Under the pieces are notes generated by a model. It had not been told where the DNA came from and did not search any database. It worked only from the letters and a program-made list of their open reading frames with translations. A stretch of DNA of 32,000 bases from Psychrobacter cryohalolentis K5 (GTDB lineage: Bacteria > Pseudomonadota > Gammaproteobacteria > Pseudomonadales > Moraxellaceae), in NCBI RefSeq assembly GCF_000013905.1, contig NC_007969.1, positions 3,027,877 through 3,059,876 on the forward strand, in the 5' to 3' direction. The position numbers and the translations under genes are program-made. Shown here piece after piece: positions 26,323-32,000 of this stretch (position 1 is the stretch's first letter; each line of letters starts with the position of its first letter).

Positions 26323-27378
26323 TTAAATGGGTAATAAGGTCAATTTCAGATCAGAACCAAGCTGTTCATGACATTGAATATCAAAACGCAACTGCTGAGC
26401 TAGCGATAAGGGGTTAATGTCAACCATCGCTCGCGCTTTTTGCCCTAACAGACATGGCGCTTGATACACAATCAACTCATCTACCAATTGCTGTTGTAAG
26501 AAGCTACCAGCAACACTGGCACCTGCTTCTATCAATACGTCATAACACTGATACTCAGTGACTAATACCTTTAATAACTCTCTTAAATTATCTTCACGCC
26601 AATACAGGGTATCTGGGCGACGACATAACTGATAGTCAGACTGTAGATCATGCTTTAAACGACCTCGCCTATCAAGTATCACCACTTTAGGATGTGGAAC
26701 CTCTTCAATTGCTATACCTAGTTGGTTAGAGCGTACATTTAACTGAGGGTTATCGACAATAACCGTTTCGCTACCAGTAATGATAGCCCCACTTTGCGCC
26801 CGCAGCTTTTGTACGTCTTCGCGCGCAGCAGGACCAGTAATCCACTTTGATTCACCTGTCGCCATCGCCGTACGACCATCAAGGCTGGTCGCAATCTTAA
26901 GTCGCACATAGGGCATTTGGTTACGCATGGCTTTTAGAAAGCCTTTATTTAACGCTTCTGCTTGCGTTTTTAATACACCAACGCTCACAGCTATACCCGC
27001 TTGTTCTAACAATTTCACACCGCGACCTGCGACCTGTGGGTTTGGATCTAGTCCAGCAACGACAACCCGTATGACGCCAGATTCTATCAGTGCTTTTGCA
27101 CAAGGCGGCGTACGACCTGTATGACTACAAGGCTCTAAAGTGACATAAGCGGTAGCACCAACTGTTCTTATACCAGCATCTTTTAGAGCAAATACCTCAG
27201 CATGCGGCTGACCGGCTTTAGGATGGAAGCCTTGACCGACAACTTCCTCTGCTTGAACAATGACACACCCTACAGCAGGATTGGGTCGAGCGGTATACAA
27301 GCCAAGCTTTGCTTGCTCAATAGCAAGCATCATAAAATAGTGGTCTTTCGCATCTTGAGAATGGTCTAAATTTGACAT
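26323..27378 (-). CDS. ribD: Bifunctional diaminohydroxyphosphoribosylaminopyrimidine deaminase / 5-amino-6-(5-phosphoribosylamino)uracil reductase
   Basis: Deaminase zinc motif HAEV...TLEPCSHTGRTPPC, then the reductase domain (KIATSLDGR...). I prefer the ATG at 27378 (MSNLDHSQDAKDHYFM...). The track ORF extends to the ATG at 27435. Confidence 0.93.
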   Translation of the reverse strand: MSNLDHSQDAKDHYFMMLAIEQAKLGLYTARPNPAVGCVIVQAEEVVGQGFHPKAGQPHAEVFALKDAGIRTVGATAYVTLEPCSHTGRTPPCAKALIESGVIRVVVAGLDPNPQVAGRGVKLLEQAGIAVSVGVLKTQAEALNKGFLKAMRNQMPYVRLKIATSLDGRTAMATGESKWITGPAAREDVQKLRAQSGAIITGSETVIVDNPQLNVRSNQLGIAIEEVPHPKVVILDRRGRLKHDLQSDYQLCRRPDTLYWREDNLRELLKVLVTEYQCYDVLIEAGASVAGSFLQQQLVDELIVYQAPCLLGQKARAMVDINPLSLAQQLRFDIQCHEQLGSDLKLTLLPI

Positions 27379-27478
27379 AAAAAAGGGCTTAATAAATGAT
27401 GAGATATTATTATCAATGGTTTCATGAAGCAGCATAAATTATAGGCTTAAGAAAGCATCAAAAGCCTATCGGTCATGC

Positions 27479-27937
27479 TTATTTTTCATTAGGTCGTATA
27501 TTGGCAATCTCTTGATGAAAAGCATCAATGTCCTGAAAGTCGCGGTAAACACTAGCAAAGCGCACATAAGCGACATCATCAAGCGTTTTAAGCTCACTCA
27601 TAATGATTTCACCTAAGACTTTACTGCTGACCTCACGCTCACCCATTTGCCGTACACGCTTTTCAATCCGGCTAATCATCCCTTCTTGCTCATCGATAGT
27701 GATAGGACGTTTTTGTAGTGGTAATAAAATTGAGCGTCGTAGTTTATCATTATCATAAGGCTCAATCTTACCGCTGGACTTGATAATACGAGGCATCACC
27801 ACTTCGACCACTTCAAAGGTGGTAAAGCGTTCTTGACAGCTATTACATGAACGACGGCGGCGCACTTGCGCACCTTCAGCAGCAAGACGCGAGTCGATTA
27901 CCTTTGTCTCTGACGCATTACAATAAGGGCAATGCAT
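27479..27937 (-). CDS. nrdR: Transcriptional repressor NrdR (ribonucleotide reductase regulator)
   Basis: Zinc ribbon MHCPYCN...[13 protein letters not shown] plus an ATP-cone. Conserved nrdR-ribD linkage. Confidence 0.96.
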   Translation of the reverse strand: MHCPYCNASETKVIDSRLAAEGAQVRRRRSCNSCQERFTTFEVVEVVMPRIIKSSGKIEPYDNDKLRRSILLPLQKRPITIDEQEGMISRIEKRVRQMGEREVSSKVLGEIIMSELKTLDDVAYVRFASVYRDFQDIDAFHQEIANIRPNEK

Positions 27938-28030
27938 ACGGCTTTCCTTGTCTTTATATGAAGCACTATTAAACGAGTCATAATCCCATCTTTACAGCTA
28001 CATCATTCAAATTTATAACCGTAAATAAGA

Positions 28031-29494
28031 TTATTTACCAATGCAAAAACTGCCAAAAATCTTGCCCAACAAATCATCTGCACTAAACTCCCCGGTAATC
28101 TCGCCCAGACTATGCTGAGCTTGACGCAAACTTTCAGCAACTAATTCACCCGCTTTAAAGACGGTTAGCTGCTCATGAGCTTCTGCTAAATATTCGGCCG
28201 TTCTTCTTAACGCATCTAGATGACGCGTACGAGCTATCAAGCTATTTTCGGGTGGATGAAACCCTACTTTAGCACACAGAGTTTCGACTAAATCATCAAT
28301 ACCTGCGCCTGTTTCACATGAAACATTAACTTGCTCGTAACCGCGATTATGAATCTCTTGTTGCGAAATAGAGGTTATTTCTTTGCTGCTATTATTGTTT
28401 AATAAATCACTTTTATTAGCGATAATTAACAAGCGCTTGGCTTCTGGTAGCTCGCCAAATAGCTGCTCAGCGAGCTGTAATGGGGTACTTTCTTCTTCAA
28501 GATCACGGGTTACATCATAAACCATTAACAGCATATCTGCCTGAGCAATCGCTGTCCGCGCGCGCTCAATGCCGATACGCTCGACCGTGTCTTCTGTCTC
28601 GCGCAGGCCTGCCGTATCAGTCAAGTGTAGCGTCAAACCATTGAGGACAACGGTTTCTTGTAGTGTATCACGCGTTGTACCCGCCACATCAGTGACGATA
28701 GCACGCTCTTGCCCTGCCAAGCGATTGAGCAGGCTTGATTTACCAGCATTAGGTCTACCTGCCAACACCACATGAATACCATCACGTAATAATTGTCCTT
28801 GCTTAGCAGTCGCCAAGACCTGCTGGATTTTTTCTTGTGTCTGTTCAAGCTTACCTTGTATGACCCCATCTGATAAAAAATCAACGTCTTCTTCATCAGG
28901 GAAATCAATAGCTGCTTCAACATGCAGACGCAGATGAATTAACTGCTCAAGTAGCTGATTAATCTTTTGCGAGAATTCACCGCTTAAGGAGCGAATAGCA
29001 CTGCTGGCAGCAGCAGCGCTGGTAGCATCAATCGCATCTGCAATGGCTTCTGCCTGTACCAAATCCAACTTATCATTATCAAAGGCACGATAAGAGAATT
29101 CTCCAGCACTTGCTTGTTTCGCCCCTAACTCAAACACACGTGCCAACAACTGATTTTGCAAAATCATGCCACCATGACCTTGCAGTTCAATCACATCTTC
29201 GCCAGTAAACGAGTGCGGACCCTTAAAATACAGCACCAACCCTTCATCGATAACCGTACCATCTGCTTGATAAAATCGGCAGAAGCTCGCCATGCGCGGT
29301 TTAAATGCTGACTTACCTGTCAGCGTACAAGCAATGCTATACGCATGTGTACCAGACAGACGAATAACCCCGACCCCACCCCGTCCAAGCGGTGTAGCAA
29401 TAGCGGCAATGGTAGGCAGACTCGACAAACCGAGATTTTTTGATGACTCAGGGGCGGCTAACGCCAACTCTTGGGAATCCACAAGCACTCTCAA
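28031..29494 (-). CDS. mnmE: tRNA modification GTPase MnmE (TrmE)
   Basis: TIAAIATPLGRGGVGVIRLSG, G-domain motifs GRPNAGKSSLLN and DTAG, and the C-terminal FCIGK. There is no in-frame ATG near the 5' end. The track start is a TTG at 29494, and a TTG at 29428 (giving MSSLPTIAAIATP) is also possible. Confidence 0.93.
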   Translation of the reverse strand: MRVLVDSQELALAAPESSKNLGLSSLPTIAAIATPLGRGGVGVIRLSGTHAYSIACTLTGKSAFKPRMASFCRFYQADGTVIDEGLVLYFKGPHSFTGEDVIELQGHGGMILQNQLLARVFELGAKQASAGEFSYRAFDNDKLDLVQAEAIADAIDATSAAAASSAIRSLSGEFSQKINQLLEQLIHLRLHVEAAIDFPDEEDVDFLSDGVIQGKLEQTQEKIQQVLATAKQGQLLRDGIHVVLAGRPNAGKSSLLNRLAGQERAIVTDVAGTTRDTLQETVVLNGLTLHLTDTAGLRETEDTVERIGIERARTAIAQADMLLMVYDVTRDLEEESTPLQLAEQLFGELPEAKRLLIIANKSDLLNNNSSKEITSISQQEIHNRGYEQVNVSCETGAGIDDLVETLCAKVGFHPPENSLIARTRHLDALRRTAEYLAEAHEQLTVFKAGELVAESLRQAQHSLGEITGEFSADDLLGKIFGSFCIGK

Positions 29495-29659
29495 TAACTA
29501 AAAACTCCATTATAGACGGCTTAACGCACACTGACAAAACAATCTTTAAAGAGCGTAATCTCCTCATTGTAAGTCTTTTCCAATATCATCTAGCTTGGCT
29601 GCAGCGACTATGGCGTAGTCTTAAGTAAGTATTCATACCAGATATGATATTAAGGGCAT

Positions 29660-29690
29660 AAAAAAACCACCGCCGTAGCGATGGTTTTTT
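29660..29690 (-). terminator. Rho-independent terminator after yidC
   Basis: Minus-strand RNA: CCAUCGC-UACG-GCGGUGG-U7 (UNCG tetraloop, one G.U pair), 23 nt after the yidC stop. Confidence 0.8.
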
Positions 29691-29712
29691 GAACTTCTAA
29701 ACTATTAAATGA

Positions 29713-31407
29713 TTAATCCAGTACCTTAACCGTACGAAGCTTCTGCTCTTCTTCTACTTTTTTATTGACGATATATTGATGCGTCATACTAAATAAGTTA
29801 TTCACAGTCCAGTATAGTACTAGACCCGCTGGGAAGAACAGCATGAACGCGGTGAAAATAATCGGTAAGAACTTCATTACTTTCGCTTGCATCGGATCAG
29901 CTGGCTGTGGATTAAGCTGCTGCTGAATAAACATCGATGCACCCATTAATAGTGGCAAAATAAACCACGGATCCATCGCTGATAGATCTTGAATCCACAA
30001 AATCCACGGTGCATGACGTAGCTCAACACTCTCAACGAGTACCCAATACAAGGCTAAGAAAATCGGCATCTGCATCAGAATCGGCAAACAACCCGCCATT
30101 GGATTGACTTTTTCTTCTTTGTACATTGCCATCATTTCTTGCGACATTTTCATGCGATCGTCGCCATGCTCTTCTTTTAATGCGGCAAGGCGCGGTGCAA
30201 TCGCACGCATCTTCGCCATCGAGTAGTAGCTCTTGTTTGAGAACCACATCAATGCCAGCTTCACTAAGATAGTCAATAGAATAATTGACCAGCCCCAGTT
30301 ACCGATGACTTTATGAATGCCATCCAAAATACCAAACAATATCTTTGATATTGGCCATAACAGACCATAATCGACTGTCTGATTTAACCCTACTGCTACA
30401 TCCTTAAGCTCAGATTGTACCTTTGGACCTGCGTATAGCGTGGCATTTAAGGTTACTTGCTTGTTTGGTGCAACATTGACAGGCTGACTATTAAAACCAA
30501 TAAAATAATCATCACCGGTTTCGCGGCTAAAGAATTTACCAGTAAAGTTTTCAGGCGTCCATGCTGACACAAAGTAATGCTGTACGATGCCAACCCAACC
30601 TTTATCACTGGTTGTAGTCAATTCACCATCATTAAACTTACCAAACTTCAGCTTATTATAGGGATCATCGGGTGTACCCCAAGCGCCGCCCAAATAAGTT
30701 GCCATACTAAGCGCACCTTTATCAGACATACCGGGATCTTTGCTATCATCACGCTTTAGCTGCGCAAACATCTGACCTTGCCACGCCGCTGTAGAAGCAT
30801 TTTGAATCTTATAGCTGATATCGATAGGATATTTATCGTGTGTAAAGGTAAAAGTCTTAGTGACTGTCACGCCATCTTTTTTATACGTAAGCGGCACTGA
30901 TAACGTTTGCTGGCCTTTTTCCATCACGTAATTGTTAGCGGTATGGCTGTATTTGGCACGACCTTCTGCAGTATCGATACCATTTTGACCAATCAGACCA
31001 GACTGAGCCACGTAAACGCGGTTACTGTTGTTTTCTAGCAATACAAAAGGCTTATCGCTATCAAGGGTCGCATCATACTGCTTTAGCGCAGCATAAACGA
31101 TGTCACCGCCTTCTGGATTGATTTTGATGTCATAACGATCAGTAGTGACTGTGATTAGTCCTGCATCAGTAGCAGGTGTAGCAGTCACAGCGCTATCAAC
31201 TGTACCGTTGTCGACAGGTAGCGTCTGTACTGGAATATCACCTGCTGCACCGCTAGTAGAAGGAATATCGGCTCCTACTGAAGCTGCAGTTTCTGGCACC
31301 GTGTCTACAGCTGGGGCATCTGCATAATCATCACGCCATGCCAAAATCAGCAGATAAGCGGTGATTAACATCGCAATGATGATCATCACCCGAAATATCT
31401 TTTGCAT
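29713..31407 (-). CDS. yidC: Membrane protein insertase YidC
   Basis: 564 aa with an N-terminal TM helix and a large periplasmic P1 domain. The conserved 5-TM core follows (GNWGWSIILLTILVKL..., MKMSQEMMAMYKEEKVNPMAGCLPILMQMPIFLALY). Confidence 0.97.
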   Translation of the reverse strand: MQKIFRVMIIIAMLITAYLLILAWRDDYADAPAVDTVPETAASVGADIPSTSGAAGDIPVQTLPVDNGTVDSAVTATPATDAGLITVTTDRYDIKINPEGGDIVYAALKQYDATLDSDKPFVLLENNSNRVYVAQSGLIGQNGIDTAEGRAKYSHTANNYVMEKGQQTLSVPLTYKKDGVTVTKTFTFTHDKYPIDISYKIQNASTAAWQGQMFAQLKRDDSKDPGMSDKGALSMATYLGGAWGTPDDPYNKLKFGKFNDGELTTTSDKGWVGIVQHYFVSAWTPENFTGKFFSRETGDDYFIGFNSQPVNVAPNKQVTLNATLYAGPKVQSELKDVAVGLNQTVDYGLLWPISKILFGILDGIHKVIGNWGWSIILLTILVKLALMWFSNKSYYSMAKMRAIAPRLAALKEEHGDDRMKMSQEMMAMYKEEKVNPMAGCLPILMQMPIFLALYWVLVESVELRHAPWILWIQDLSAMDPWFILPLLMGASMFIQQQLNPQPADPMQAKVMKFLPIIFTAFMLFFPAGLVLYWTVNNLFSMTHQYIVNKKVEEEQKLRTVKVLD

Positions 31408-31566
31408 AAACCTTTCCTAGATTAAAAAATTAGGGAATAAAAAAGCTAGGGCATGTGTTATGACCACCACACAGCATTGGCCCAGATAGTGAACAGTAAT
31501 GTCAGCAGTCAATCACATAAAATGTTCATCATTTTACTAAAAAACGATTCTAAATGATACCAACAG

Positions 31567-31586
31567 TGTGGATAACTTGTGGGTAA
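31567..31586. promoter_or_regulatory. Pair of same-orientation DnaA boxes in the yidD-yidC spacer
   Basis: TGTGGATAA (31567-31575, perfect reverse complement of TTATCCACA) and TGTGGGTAA (31578-31586, one mismatch). Start-to-start spacing is 11 bp. Confidence 0.5.
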
Positions 31587-31625
31587 CTAGGTAGATATGC
31601 TGAAACGCCTAGTAAAGCTTACGTC

Positions 31626-32000
31626 TTAGGTCAATTTCATCATATGATTTAGGCGAGTAACATAGCCATGATTATCTCGATAAACATAAAAACCATGAAA
31701 CTGTCCATGAGCTACTGGATTACAGGACAAGTATTGATAGCGATAAGAAGCCAAAGGTAGAGGTACGAAATCAACTCCATGTCCGCCTAATGGATGACAG
31801 CGACTAATGCGTTTTAATAACAGTAAACTCCCATTCAAAACACCATGCCAAGCTAGAGCTTGCTTACCATAGTTTGAACAGGTTGGATAATATCGACAAC
31901 GAGCAGGTAATATAGGACTTATTATTTTTTGATAAAAATCAATAAAATTATATATCAATTTATATAAATATTTATTTATTATTTTTATAAATAAATTCAT
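31626..32000 (-). CDS. yidD: Membrane protein insertion efficiency factor YidD, with a C-terminal extension
   Basis: YidD signature [28 protein letters not shown]...[17 protein letters not shown]. The ATG sits exactly at the window edge (31998-32000), so the true start could lie beyond it. Confidence 0.85.
   Translation of the reverse strand: MNLFIKIINKYLYKLIYNFIDFYQKIISPILPARCRYYPTCSNYGKQALAWHGVLNGSLLLLKRISRCHPLGGHGVDFVPLPLASYRYQYLSCNPVAHGQFHGFYVYRDNHGYVTRLNHMMKLT

Noticed and set aside
1-32000. Defence island, prophage, transposon, integron or CRISPR array
   Set aside because: I found no integrase, transposase, recombinase, Cas, restriction, toxin-antitoxin or phage structural genes, and no spaced direct-repeat arrays. 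Every ORF over 150 aa has a housekeeping or common-family assignment, so I will not claim a novel system.

Overview
The window reads as an ordinary core-chromosome segment from an AT-rich gammaproteobacterium. The protein sequences suggest Moraxellaceae, Psychrobacter-like, but that is my inference and not a database result. I can support 25 protein-coding genes, 21 of them on the minus strand. Left to right they are: a phytase-like esterase (partial), an SPFH/NfeD pair, a small outer-membrane beta-barrel, bioF-bioC, dnaK and grpE (no dnaJ), an HSL-family esterase/lipase, two tandem membrane metallophosphoesterase paralogs, a YfcH-like epimerase-family protein, tsaC, dprA, a LysM (TsaP-like) protein, thrC, rsmB, fmt, a large hybrid histidine kinase, ribE, ribD, nrdR, mnmE, yidC and yidD. 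The yidD-yidC-mnmE block at the right edge is the conserved rpmH-side, origin-proximal cluster. I found no rRNA, tRNA, CRISPR array, transposase, integrase, phage gene or recognisable defence island, so I cannot support a novel multi-gene system here. Two things are most worth a second look. (1) The 14-bp inverted-repeat word GTTTCA-NN-TGAAAC occurs 5 times exactly and once with one mismatch in 32 kb, in coding DNA, intergenic DNA and a terminator. That is far above chance, and it sits in a locus that also carries the competence genes dprA and a tsaP-like gene. (2) The ribD-ribE spacer is 372 bp and very AT-rich. It holds a cluster of DnaA boxes in an oriC-like or datA/DARS-like layout, and a second helically phased DnaA-box pair lies in the yidD-yidC spacer. 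Smaller items are tandem repeats in the grpE leader and N-terminus, sigma-32-type promoters, an atypical ATP-lid and a degenerate extra receiver in the hybrid kinase, a perfect 11-bp inverted repeat ahead of the esterase, and UNCG-tetraloop terminators.
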